From NCBI GenBank assembly GCA_951406725.2, contig OX597824.1:15562001-15626000 (forward strand): DNA of 64,000 nt. Reading direction: 5' to 3'. How positions within the stretch are numbered: position 1 is the first letter of the stretch; each line of letters starts with the position of its first letter. This DNA comes from Octopus vulgaris (taxonomy: Eukaryota). Below the pieces are notes generated by a model that ran no database searches, was not told where the DNA came from, and was given only the letters and a program-made list of their open reading frames with translations. Of the stretch, positions 12,130 through 27,046 are shown one piece after another. The translations under genes and the position numbers were made by a program.

Positions 12130-12507
12130 ACACACACACACAAACACACAGACGCATACGTTCCCGCTCTCTATTTGTGTTGTTGTTGTTGTGTTGTGTC
12201 AAATAAAAAATAAAGCCTGAAAAAGCAAACAGCAGTCACAACTACAACAATATCTATAGAATAGCAACAGTCATTTATACACCAACGAGAAGTTCTATCA
12301 CCACTACTACCACCACTACCACCGCCACCACCACCACCACCACCACCACGAATACCAACGCTGCTGGTGGTGGCGGTGGCGGTGACGAAGGTTTTTTTTA
12401 ACTCAAAGGCGATTCGTACAGGACCTCCCTTCACTTTTTACCAACCCAGTCTCTAGATACAACCCCCACCACAGCGCACCGTATCTCTCTATCACTCTGT
12501 CTCTGTT

Positions 12508-12546
<39 letters not shown>

Positions 12547-12696
12547 ACCTCTCCCACTCTCTCTACCTTTCATACACACTCTCTCTGTCATTCTCACTCA
12601 CAAAATACACACACGTTTTTATCTTTTTATCTAAGTTCATTTACACACACTCAATCTCTCCTTCTCTCTTTCTCACCCCTCCTCTCTCTCTTTTTC

Positions 12697-12771
<75 letters not shown>

Positions 12772-12872
12772 TACAAAAACACACACACCCATATTGTCTA
12801 TGCATGTAGGTTTATACATTATATATATAATAAATATATATAGATTCATACATATACATACATATATAAATG

Positions 12873-12905
<33 letters not shown>

Positions 12906-13407
12906 CTGTGTGTGTATGTATGTATATATATATACATGTATCTCTCTGTCTATTGATAAAGACATTCACATGCACACACACACACACACACACACACACG
13001 CATGCATACTGTGTCGAGGGCCACTTCCTTGTCAGGGTTAGACACAGTCAGTCCAATAGTCGGACTGCGAAAGGACCAAGTACACACACATACATACATA
13101 CACACACACATACATACATACATACATATATTCATTCATACATACATACATACATACATACACATACATACATACATACGTACGTACATACATACATACA
13201 TACACGCACATGGCTATATGCACAAATGTACTTACGCAGACAAACAGACATTCATTGAAACACATTGACGCACACACAGACAGAGACAAATAGACACACA
13301 CACATTGACACGCAGGCTCACAACGTAGACACACACACACACACATAGACATACTGGAAGACTGACGATCCAGACAATCATAATTTAACACACACACACA
13401 CACACAC

Positions 13408-13712
13408 AAAGAAGCATATAGTGTCCCAGATATACACACTCACGCACACATATACGCAGACAGGTTCACAGAGACACACATACACACGGGCTTTAGACAC
13501 ACCCACAAACATAGTCACAGTGCAGCACACATACACACATACGCACACACACACACACACACAAAGAAACATATAGTGTCCCAGATATACACACTCACGC
13601 ACACATATACGCAGACAGGTTCACAGAGACACACATACACACGGGCTTTAGACACACCCACAAACATAGTCACAGTGCAGCACACATACACACATACGCA
13701 CACACACACACA
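13408..13712. repeat. Tandem duplication, 155-bp unit x2, in CA-rich DNA
   Basis: AAAGAA(G/A)CATATAGTGTCCCAGATATACAC... starts at 13408 and 13563. Confidence 0.85.
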
Positions 13713-14017
13713 CGCATAATCACTCTTGCACACACAGATATACACTCGCAGACAGATTAAGTGTTCCTGACACACATGCATGCATATATACAAATACAGT
13801 CACACACAGGCTCAAGAACACACATATACATACATGCATAGACACACCCACAGACAGAGAGTCATAGTGTAACAAATACACACATATAGATAGGAATATA
13901 GTTGCACACATATGCACTCACAAAAAGATAGTGTCACCTCACACACATACAGGATCACAAACGCATACATATATACGTAGACACACCCGCAGACAGACAC
14001 GATCATCGATATACAGG

Positions 14018-14059
<42 letters not shown>

Positions 14060-14123
14060 GATTTACAGTTGCACACATTGTTATACATACAAGGACACAG
14101 TGTTCCAAATGCACACGTAAGTA

Positions 14124-14455
14124 CCCGTGAGGTAGCGGTTCAGCAAAAGAGACCGATAGAATAAGTAGAAAGCTTACAAAGAATAAGTCCTGGGGTTGAT
14201 TTGTTCGATTGAAACCCCTTGAGATTGTGCTCCAGCATGGCCGCAGTCAAATGATTGAAACAAATAAAAAACTAAACGAAATACATACACATGGGCGTAG
14301 GAGTGGTTTGCTTATGAACCACATGGTTCCGGGTTCAGCCCCACTGTGTGGCACCTAGGGCAAGTGTCTTCTACTGTAGTCTCGGTCCGACCAAAGCCTT
14401 GTGAGTAGATTTGGTAGACGGAAACTGAAAGAAGCTCGTCGTATATGTGTATATA

Positions 14456-14493
<38 letters not shown>

Positions 14494-14700
14494 TCTGTGT
14501 TTGTCCCCCCTCCAACATCGCTTGACAACCGATGCTGGTGTGTTGTTTACGTCCCCGTAGCTTAGCGGTTCAGCAAAAGAGACCGATAGAATAAAGATTA
14601 GGCTTACAAAGAATAAGTCCTGGAGTCGATTTGCCCGATTAAAGGTGGTGCTCCAGCATGGCCGCAGTCAAATGACTGAAACAAGTAAAAGAGTAAAAGA

Positions 14701-14743
<43 letters not shown>

Positions 14744-14945
14744 TTTTTGTCTCAGTGTTTGTCCCCCCACCATCACTTGACAACCGATGTCGGTGTGTTT
14801 ACGCCCCCGTCACTTAGCGGTTCGGCAAAAGAGACCGATAGAATAAGTACTAAGCTTACAAAGAATAAGTCCTGGGGTCGATTTGGTCTACTAAAGGCGT
14901 TGCTCCAGCATGGCCACGGTCAAGTGGCTGAGGCAAGTAAAGAAG
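14124..14945 (+). mobile_element. SINE family A cluster (tail 14124-14280, copy 14293-14700, tail 14755-14945)
   Basis: Three copies of AGCGGTTC(A/G)GCAAAAGAGACCGATAGAATAA..AAGAATAAGTCCTGG. Confidence 0.85.
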
Positions 14946-15435
14946 AGTGAGACACACACGCATTTGGCCATATTTCTTCTGCTCAGGCGAAGAAAGTACA
15001 GAAAAAACGAGCAGCTTAAGAAAAAAAAAGGGGGGTAAAAGCATGTTCTGTGTCCCTTGAAACACTTTCAGGCCGCACGTGAAGATGGTTTTTGAGAAAC
15101 GGCGGAGGAAGAAAAACAGACAAGGAACAAAAAAAAAAACCTCAACAAACTATGAAGTTCCACAACTACTACGGCCACCGACAACAGCAAACGACAGGCA
15201 AGCAGCGGCGGCTGTAGCGGCAGCGACAGCAGCATCAGCAGCAGTGGTGGTGGCGGCAACAGCAATAGAAACAGCAGCAGCAGCAGCAGCAGCTAGCAGT
15301 ACCATTGCGATCGGATGGGATAACGCTACAGGAAAAACCGTGGATATTGTGAGAGCACAGAGAGAGATAATTTCATGAGTTTTTAAATACAGATTGTATG
15401 TAGCCAAACGCAACAACAACAACAACAACAACGGC

Positions 15436-15470
<35 letters not shown>

Positions 15471-15870
15471 ATATATTATTCAAAATGTAGAACCACTGCG
15501 AAGAAAACAAGAAAACAAGAAAACGGAAGCAACAACAACAACAACTACAAAACAAAAACAAAATATAAAACGAGACTGTTCCGTCGTTTGAATTAATTTA
15601 TTAATTTTTAATTTTATTCTTGTTTTTTTATTTATTTATATATATATTTATATATATATATTTATATATATATATGTATTGTTTGATGAATTTGTCTGAT
15701 GGATTGTTTGATCGTTTGTTGTGGAAAATTTCGCTTTAATTTTTGGAATTTTTTGTTATTACGAATTAATGAAAACGCTAAACGAATTCTCGAATAATCA
15801 AGAGGTTCGATTAACGAACAGATGAATTAATTGACAGTGAAGCCATATACACACACACACATACATACAC

Positions 15871-15916
<46 letters not shown>

Positions 15917-17563
15917 GTGAAACAATATTAAAAGGAAGGAAGAAAATAGGGAAGACTATACAGTCATTACTTTCTGTACACCTCGTCTTCCTTCACGTCT
16001 ATCTCACCGTCGTCGTCGTCGTCATCATCGTCATCATTAACAGCAGCAGCAGCAGCAGTAGCAGCAACGTTAAATAACAAGACCAATGAAGATGGAGACC
16101 AGGGGGTCGATGGCAAAACGAACGACGAACGAATAATTATAACACAGTTTGTTCATTAATTGTTTTAAAAAAACCCCGGAAATTATTACTCCATTCGTCA
16201 GAGAGTACCACCAATAACTGTTAAAGTACCCTGGAAAACAAACCAAAAGAAAAAAAGAAAAGAAAAAGAAACCAAACTAACAAAAAGGCAAACAAAAAAT
16301 ACCAAGCAAACAAAAACCCCTATAATATTGTTACCTCCAAATCATCACACATCTTGTCGATTGAAAAGGAAAAAAAAAAGATATATATACATATATATAT
16401 ATTTATTTATACACGGGAAAGCAAGTTCAAAAGTATATATATTATATATATATATATATTATATATTTTCTCTGTAGTTACTAATATCTGACTTCTGACC
16501 ACCAACCGCGTTGTGTACATACATACATACATACATACATACATACATACATACATACATACATACATACATACATACATACATACATACATACATACAT
16601 ACATACATACATACATACGTACATACATACATGCAAACATATATATATATATGCATACATATATATACATACAAATATTTATTTAAATACAAACATCAAT
16701 ATATACAGAATACCAAAGCGAACACCGGTTAATATACATCTAAACGCAGATTTGCATATAAACACTCTTATCTCTCTCTCTCTCTCTCTCAGACATTTTC
16801 TGTTTTTCTCTTACATAATACATACCCCTTAATTTCACATAACTTAAACGAGGGTATATACCCCTATATGCATCTATATTTTTAAACTACATATACATAC
16901 ATTAACATATATAACCACATATCTACACTCATATATATATGTATATATATATATATTATTTATACACAGATTTTCTCAAAACATAGACATACATTCCTAA
17001 TTACCCATACGTGCGTGTATAAAATACATCGACATCTAATTACATAGATAGATACATTTAAATACATAAATACACACATTTATATATATAGAAAGAGCGT
17101 GTTTAAATCGTTATAATAAATTCATATCTACATACAGATTAATATCTATTTATATTCATATATTAGATAGAACGTATATACAAATATTAAATTTACACAA
17201 TATGGTATTGACAAAACAATAAGCGACATTTAAGTACATATAAAATATGTGTATAAAATTCGTGGCATACCTGAGTATATGAGTAAATAAAAATTCCAGG
17301 AAGTATCAATATATGTTTATATATATCAGCACTCTTAACTTAATACTTCATTACACATAACTTGTCTCCTGTAATATCGAAAATTTCTTTATTCTTAAAT
17401 TATATTTTCAAAGCTTTAATTTGGCTGTGAATTTTTTTGACGCATTTTATCGTAAATTAAATGATAGTTTAGTTGTAGATAATAACTTGTCTCAAGAGAA
17501 AACAACTTCCGTATTTTATTTTATTCCATGTAAATTCCTGCTAAATTACGCTTGTACTTAACT

Positions 17564-17639
<76 letters not shown>

Positions 17640-18497
17640 TATGTATATACATACATTTATATATATACAGGAAGTTGGAAAAGTTTTAATGAATATTTAG
17701 CTATTACTCAGAAAGTTTCAGTTTCTGAAAATTTAATTAAAATATTTTAATTTATTTCTTAGTTATATATTTTATTTGCTTTTTGCTGGGCATTTACATA
17801 TATGTCTGTATATGTGTAGAAGATAAACACCCATAAGAATATATACACACACTCAAAGAATTTGTGTACTTATATAATTCACAAATAGGTTAATATTGTA
17901 TAGCTGAATATTTAAGTTGTTTGTTTATATACAAATATTTATATCAATATTTTCGGAACAGAATTTTGTAAAAAGAAGAAAGAAATTAAATGTTACTTTT
18001 TATGTTTCAATAAGTCGTAATGTATTTCAAACATCAAATTTTAAAAATAAAAATATTAAATGAGAAATAACAAAGAAAATATTACAAGATGATTGCTCAT
18101 AATATTAATTATGGTATTGATAACGATAATGATATAGGGAGAAGATATATCGATATATTGGTAAATTTGACAACGAATACGAGTAAATCTAGTTGAAAAA
18201 TAAATCGATAGATTGATTGATAGATAGAGATATGATTAGAATAAGAAGGTGTGTTAAATTAACATATAGTACAGGTATAGAATCTATATGTTGATCTTTA
18301 GTAGTTTAAATATATCTAATCTTCTTGCATACACTTATATACAAGCAAATTGATAGATAGATAGGTAAAAAGGTAGATAGGAAGATTTAGTCAAATATTT
18401 AGAAGCAGTTTATAATAAATCGACAGGTAGATAATAGTTAGGTAGGAATATACATACATGCTTTTATAGGTAGATTCGATATCAAGAGCAACACAAG

Positions 18498-18552
<55 letters not shown>

Positions 18553-20090
18553 TGTATGTATTTTGAAATCAATATGACGATGATTGCATGAGGAATGCTA
18601 TCGGCTGCGGTATGGGTAATATCATTTAGAAAGAGTTCTAACTAATGACATGCTTTAATTTTCACCCAATCAAGGAAAGATAAAAAGAGAGGAAAACAGT
18701 TACTACAGATAAACACGTCTGAAAACACTATAACATTGAAACTGTGTATAACTACTTGGTCTTTTATATATTTATTCTCATAACCGAACTGTTTATTTTT
18801 CTTCTTTTTCCTCCCGTTCAATTTGTTTACTTTGCTATTTGCTTACTGTAAGTCCTTAAGGTCACACAGACAAACAGACAGACACACATACACATAAACA
18901 CACTCACACGCAGTCACAGCCACGCACACACACACACACACTCAGACACGTACGTATGTATGCAATATTTAAATATCTACGTGTGCTGTAGGGGTTAGAC
19001 TTAGCTCTCGTTTTAAGCGAAATTGCGGAGCCTTCTTTAACAAGCCCCTGTTTAGCTGATTCGTGGATAAGGGATAAGAAACATAGCGAGAAGGGTCGAA
19101 AAAAAGGTGGAGCAGGTGCGCTGAAACACGCATACGCACTCACGCACGCATAGATTTACGCGAATACGCAAATACGCAAACACTCAACGCACCCATACAG
19201 ACATATATACGCACGCACACATATGCACACAGAAATACAAGCACATACACAGACACAAGCATATAGTTATCCCACCTTCCTTTTATCACTCACTCACACA
19301 CACAGACACACACTCTCTCCCTGTGTCTCTCTCTCTCTTATCTCTCACTCTGTCTTTCTCTCTCACTTTCGCACACACAAGAAAAAGTAGACGGGCGAAA
19401 AAGCTACACACTCAATCCCGTGTTCAAATACATGCAAATATATTTATGAATATACATACACGTCTCTAATCATGGTAGCTACTATGCATCCATATATAGA
19501 CTACACACATATATCTGACTCTATGATAGCCTTCTATTCCCCTACGTATTTATTAGAGTTTTCTATGATAGCTAACGAGATGCTATAGCTAACAGTTATA
19601 TATAGTATTAATTTAAAATCACACAGCAGTCGTTGTATATACATATATATGCATATACATATATATATATATTTATACACTGCAATTATACATTGGATAT
19701 AGACATCGTAGTCTTCTCATATAAACTCAATCACTTCTATCATACGCAACGTTATCAACATCATCATCATCATCAATAACAACAACAGTGATATATTAAA
19801 GTGACAAAATGTATGTTATGATAATTACGAAACTTCACATATTCTTTATGTGAAGTTAAAGAAAAGTGCACGCGTACATTCATACACAATTATATAACCA
19901 CGCACACAAATATACATATATATAATTATATATTTATGCATATGTATAGGAAATATATCTCTTATGTGTATCAACATATACACGTGTATACTAATGCAAC
20001 TCTACTTGTACCACAAACACAACAAATTTATATAAAATACAAACCAAACTACACGTAATCTTCAACAAAATATTTACAAACACGACAACA

Positions 20091-20099
20091 TTTTCACAG
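20091..20099 (+). other. Candidate splice acceptor just upstream of the Six3/6 ATG
   Basis: TTTTCACAG|TCATG; AG at 20098-20099, 2 nt before ATG; short pyrimidine tract. Confidence 0.4.
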
Positions 20100-20101
20100 T
20101 C

Positions 20102-20673
20102 ATGTTCCATTTACCCATGCTAAACTTTTCCCCGCAGCAAGTGGCACAGGTGTGTGAGACTTTGGAGGATAGTGGTGATATTGAGAGGTTGGGACGTTTC
20201 TTGTGGTCCCTTCCAGTCAACCCGGCGGCCTCGGATGCTCTCAATAAACACGAGTCGATTCTCAGGGCGCGAGCCATTGTAGCGTACCACACGGGTAACT
20301 TCAGGGACTTGTACCATATTGTCGAGAACAACCAATTCACGAAAGACTCACACGCGAAGTTACAGGCCATGTGGCTCGAAGCACATTACCAGGAGGCTGA
20401 AAAACTCCGAGGTCGACCCTTGGGGCCAGTGGATAAATATCGGGTCCGCAAGAAATTTCCTTTGCCCAGAACGATTTGGGACGGAGAGCAAAAGACGCAT
20501 TGTTTTAAGGAAAGGACGCGTAATCTCTTACGAGAGTGGTACCTACAAGACCCGTATCCAAACCCAACTAAGAAGAGAGAATTAGCCCAAGCGACAGGTC
20601 TCACACCGACTCAAGTTGGAAATTGGTTTAAAAATAGACGCCAAAGGGATAGAGCAGCTGCCGCCAAGAACAG
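20102..20673 (+). CDS. Six3/6: Six3/6 (optix-class) homeobox protein, main coding exon (Six domain + homeodomain); continues after a phase-2 intron
   Basis: [65 protein letters not shown]; QKTH tetrapeptide is diagnostic of Six3/6; donor AG|GTAAAT at 20673/20674 at the same position as in vertebrate SIX3/SIX6. Confidence 0.97.
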
Positions 20674-20839
20674 GTAAATTCTATGATAAAAAAAAAAACA
20701 AACAAAAAAGAGGAAAAAGAAGGGTTGTATTTATTTTGCATTGAATTATATGTTTTAAATTCTTAATTATTCTGTTTTCTTCATGTCTGTTTCTTAATAT
20801 TTACACATGTCATATATATACAATTTGATGTATGTAAGT

Positions 20840-20905
<66 letters not shown>

Positions 20906-21001
20906 TATAAATATACATGTATATATATATATATGTATATTTATATATATGTATATATAATATATATATATATATACACATATATATACACATATATATA
21001 A

Positions 21002-21061
<60 letters not shown>

Positions 21062-21217
21062 GTATATATATACGTAGGTGTGAGCGTGTGTGCGCACGCG
21101 TATCGTAGCATAAATCAAAAAACATGTTTACTTCGTAATGAAATGTAAATGCATTTTGAGTGATACACAACTGAACTATGCATGTCTGAGTGAATGAATG
21201 GTGTCTTTGTGTGTGCG

Positions 21218-21291
<74 letters not shown>

Positions 21292-21327
21292 CTGTAATAT
21301 ATAAATATACATGTATATATGTATGGA

Positions 21328-21369
<42 letters not shown>

Positions 21370-21518
21370 CCAGTCTTCATGTATGTATACAAGTATATAT
21401 AAGGGTGGCGCCAACTATCATGTTTTATTCCTATGAACTTGTGTTAATGTTTTGCAAGTAACTACAAATTTTACTTAGATACATGTTATAGGTTTATGAT
21501 ATATGCATAGATAAAACA

Positions 21519-21569
<51 letters not shown>

Positions 21570-21574
21570 ATATC

Positions 21575-21663
<89 letters not shown>

Positions 21664-21678
21664 ATCTATCTATCTATC

Positions 21679-21709
<31 letters not shown>

Positions 21710-22526
21710 GTATATATATAAACAAAGTGGTTCGTATGATTGTGTATAGAGGGATATATATTATTCAAAGGAATTCCAATTCTGTTTTTTATGTTATATT
21801 TATATTCTTTATAATATTAATGTAGAATATAGAATATATGGTATAAATAATATATATATAGTAAAATGAAATGAAGTATTGGTTGTCTTATTGAATAGAT
21901 GAAATATTGAATATAAAATATTAAGGGACTAGGATACTTTCTTGCATTAAAGCAGTCTTCAAGGTCCCAGGTTGTGACAGGAGTGTTTCAACTGTATATA
22001 TATATATATATATATATAAATTGATATATATATATATATATATATATAATTCGTAGATGTTACTTCAGTATAATGGGGGATGTGTTAGTGTTCTGGCACA
22101 AACACGTGTGGAGATGAATAAAGAAGTAAATTAACCAGTGTCTGTGTACGGAGCTGGATCCGTTTGGATGTGTTTGTTTGCATTTAACGGCAGACATGTT
22201 CGAGCATGCTTGCCTCTGTATGAGTGTGTGTGTGTGTGCTCGTGTGTGTGTGTCCGACTGCGTGTTTCGCTGATACAATTTGACCATATACATGTGTTTG
22301 TGTGCATGTGTGCCTGTGTTTGTGTGTGTGTCTGTAAGTATATGTTATTGTTTATAAGTGTCTCCACTTTGAAGATGTCACGCTCATATTTTGTCTCAAG
22401 GTCGGTACCAAAAAATGCCTATGTACACACATAGTCGTATAAATATACATCTGTGTATACTTATACGACTATGTGTTCCATATACATGCAAACATATTAT
22501 ATAAACACACAAACACAAACACACTG

Positions 22527-22800
22527 GCGGCTGTGTGGTAAGTAGCTTGCTTCCGAACCACATTGTTCCGAGTTCAGTTCCACTGCGTGGCATCTTGCGC
22601 AAGTGTCTTCTACTATAGCCTCTGGCCGACCAGAGCCCTGTGAGTGGATATGATAGACGGAAACTGAAAAGAAGTCCGACGTATACGTCTGTGTGTGTAT
22701 ATGTTTGTGTGTGTCTGTTTGTCCCCGCAACATCGCCTGAAAAAAAGACGTTGGTATGTTGGCGATAGAATAACTACTAGTCTAACAAAGAATAAGTCCT
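22527..22800 (+). mobile_element. SINE family A, degraded
   Basis: GGCTGTGTGGTAAGTAGCTTGC, AGACGGAAACTGAAA, AAGAATAAGTCCT. Confidence 0.8.
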
Positions 22801-22810
22801 CCTGTCGAAT

Positions 22811-22844
<34 letters not shown>

Positions 22845-23154
22845 TGTGTGTGTGTGTATATATATATACGTGTGTGTGTATGTATACACATATGCATATA
22901 TATATATATATACACATATACATAATGTATATATGTATCATAAATATATAATACAGATATGAATTATATATGTATATATATGTATGTATGTGTATATATA
23001 TATATATAATATATAGATACAATATATTTGCATGTACATAATATAACATTTAATACATACATACATACATATATATATATATAATATACATACCTATATA
23101 TATATATATATATATCTGTTTGTGTGTGTGTAAATATATATGTGTGTATTTAAG

Positions 23155-23217
<63 letters not shown>

Positions 23218-23444
23218 TTATATCAGCCGAAATTGCGAGGATGATCCGATTCTTGACTGAAGATTGAAGGCTTCGAATATCCCGTCCGTGTTTTTGTATT
23301 GTCTTCTAAATGTTTTACGTTCTTGTCCCAGTTTGTATTTTTCTACATATAATATATATATACATATATATATATATACATATCTAAGAACTTTTTGCGT
23401 AATGAGATAAAAAAAATCAAGGCTGTGTAGATATTAGAACAGTT

Positions 23445-23542
<98 letters not shown>

Positions 23543-23566
23543 TATACATATATATATATATCTATC

Positions 23567-23649
<83 letters not shown>

Positions 23650-24223
23650 TCAGGCACTCACATATACGTATGCGTAGACCGTCCCTCGATCTACCCTAGA
23701 AATCCATGTACATAGCTGCCAAAGTAACAATTTGGTAAAGTTCGGATATCGAAACACTACAGGCACGAGCTAACATACAACTACAAGTCTAACATGTTAG
23801 TAAAAACGATAAAAATTATGCGAGATTGTTCTAAAGTTTAACGTGCAGCCTTTCACAATATCATCATGGGAATTTAAGAAACACGCACTTTGCTAAATTT
23901 GTTAGAAACCGGGAACATAAAATAAAATAAAAATAAAACTGGATCTCTTCTTGTCAGGTGTCTCAGATGAACCAACTTCACGGCAGGAGGTGCAGATGAG
24001 GGCAGCTGCATCGAACTCTCTCATGCACCAAATGGCAATTGCTAAAAAGCATTCGTGAAGTAAAATCATGTAGCAACACCAAATGGCGGTGCCCCAGCAT
24101 GGCCACAGCTTGTGAGCTGAAACTAGATTTAAAAAAATGGAAGGTTTGGGTTCGTGTGTGTGTGTGTGTGTGTATATGTGAGTTCATGGTTGTGACTGTG
24201 TGTGTGAATGTACATAAACATAT

Positions 24224-24267
<44 letters not shown>

Positions 24268-24427
24268 AAATACACATATGCATATATACACATATGCATA
24301 TACACATATGCATATATATAATATAGATATATGAATGGATACAAATACATATATACAGACGTATATGCATACGTCTATACGTACATATGTTTATGTGCAT
24401 ATATATATATATAAATATGTTTATGTA

Positions 24428-24500
<73 letters not shown>

Positions 24501-24524
24501 CTGTGTGTGAGTGTGTATATATAG

Positions 24525-24653
24525 ATATGTGTATGTATATTTGGATAGCCAAATAAATACATATTCATAAATAATTGTAGGATAACTTTAATATTACACA
24601 GGAATATTGATCGATTGATTAACTGATAGGTAGATATAATAAATACACACACT

Positions 24654-24705
<52 letters not shown>

Positions 24706-24824
24706 CATACACACATGTATATATATATGTATATGTATATATAGATAGACAGATATATATACATACATATATATATATGTGTGTTTGTGTGTGTGTGCGT
24801 GTGTGTGAGTTTGTGTATGTATAT

Positions 24825-24880
<56 letters not shown>

Positions 24881-25000
24881 ATTTATCATATCTTCCTATC
24901 AGTTAATCAATCGATCAATTTTCCTATGTAATATTAAAGTTATCCTACAATTATTTATGAGCATGTATTTATTTGGCTATCCAAATATACATACACATAT
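24525..25000. repeat. Inverted duplication with microsatellite centre
   Basis: TTGGATAGCCAAATAAATAC..TTGATCGATTGATTAACTGATAGG mirrored by CCTATCAGTTAATCAATCGATCAA..GTATTTATTTGGCTATCCAA. Confidence 0.9.
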
Positions 25001-25025
25001 ATATATGTGCTTGTGTGTGCTTTCG

Positions 25026-25056
<31 letters not shown>

Positions 25057-25063
25057 TTGTGAG

Positions 25064-25104
<41 letters not shown>

Positions 25105-25280
25105 GCTTGCAATTGAAACTATATACATTTATATATTTATACACGTCTTTCTAGAATTGTAATGCATATCTATATAATTGTATATGGATATCTGTATATA
25201 TATATTATTTACATTTTTATATGTATGTATATATATATATATATATATATATGTTATGAACGTGTTTATATGTATATATA

Positions 25281-25345
<65 letters not shown>

Positions 25346-25391
25346 TATATTCATACATACGTACCTTTATACGCACATACCTTTATACAAA

Positions 25392-25737
25392 TATATATCA
25401 TATTGTTTATATATATATGCGTGAGTGTGTGTTTGCGAGCGTGAGTATGTGTGCTATATATAAATGCATATTTATGTATATAAATATATATATATTATAT
25501 ATATCATATATATGTATATAAATTTATCTATCTACCTAACTAAATATATATATGTGCATATATATATATGCACATATATATATTTAGTTAGGTAGATAGA
25601 TAAATTTATATACATATATATGATATATATAATATATATATATTTATATACATAAATATGCATTTATATACAGCACACATACTCACGCTCGCAAACACAC
25701 ACTCACACATATATATATATAAACAATATGATATATA
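25392..25737. repeat. Near-perfect spacerless palindrome (about 346 bp) centred on (AT)6
   Basis: ...CTACCTAACTAAATATATATATGTGC(AT)6GCACATATATATATTTAGTTAGGTAG...; TTTGCGAGCGTGAG / CTCACGCTCGCAAA. Confidence 0.92.
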
Positions 25738-25803
25738 CGCATTCTATTATTCATTATACTTATATACTTATACTTGTTTCAGTCATACGACAACGGCTAT
25801 GCT

Positions 25804-25884
<81 letters not shown>

Positions 25885-26038
25885 GTGTGTATGAGTGCAT
25901 GAGTGTGTGTGTGTGTGTTATGTGATGAATGTATGGAGAACTAATTACATATATAATTTAACGTAAGTATATCGTAACTCTGTGTGTACATACATATATT
26001 CATACATATATATATTGGTATGTATATATATATATATA

Positions 26039-26080
<42 letters not shown>

Positions 26081-26245
26081 CTGGTATCTTTATATATTTT
26101 ATATGTAAAGCATGATATGTTATAACTGTATGTATATTCTTGTAATTGTCATTTAATAAATTAATATATAAATTGACATAATATAATGTCTAAAAGTTGA
26201 TGAACCACCTATTGATCCCCTTCATCTTCTTATTGCTCTCTCTCA

Positions 26246-26282
<37 letters not shown>

Positions 26283-26466
26283 ACATATATATGTATATAT
26301 ATATCCTTATATATATACACATACATATATACATATATATGCATATATTTACATACATATATATATATATGTGTGTACAAATATATACATACATATACAT
26401 ATATATATAGACATATAGATATATATATATGTCTATATATATATGTAAATATAAATGTATCTATAC

Positions 26467-26504
<38 letters not shown>

Positions 26505-26556
26505 CTGTATATATATGTATATATCTATATATGCATATATATACATATATATATGC

Positions 26557-26623
<67 letters not shown>

Positions 26624-26824
26624 TGCTTATATACAAAAATATATATACATATATATACATACAAACTCACAACACATATTTATATATGCATATGTATGTA
26701 ACTGAATAGATACATAGATTGATATATATATATATATATGTAAACATGTGTGTATATGTGTGTAACTATATATAGATATGTGTGTGTATCTTTATTTTAC
26801 ATATGTATGTATCCATACATACGC

Positions 26825-26895
<71 letters not shown>

Positions 26896-27046
26896 CGAAA
26901 GTTTCTAGTTCGAATCACACGTGTCTCGGGGTGCGCCGAAGATATTTCTATTTGGGATATATTTGGGGTACTTAAGTTTGCTCGGGATTTGGTGCTTGCT
27001 TCTTCCGTGGGTATGAGTAAGTATTTCATTTATATCTCGCGTATTT

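Noticed and set aside
15079-15378. 99-aa poly-Ala ORF upstream of Six3/6
   Set aside because: Driven by (GCA)n; no recognisable domain or in-frame splice path to 20102; more likely UTR or non-coding
20074-20604. Antisense and alternate-frame ORFs overlapping the homeobox exon
   Set aside because: Shadow ORFs of a GC-richer coding exon
23950-24130. Acceptor-like CTCTTCTTGTCAG|G 3.3 kb after the Six3/6 donor
   Set aside because: In-frame TGA after three codons, and the segment ends in a SINE-type tail (GGCGGTGCCCCAGCATGGCC)
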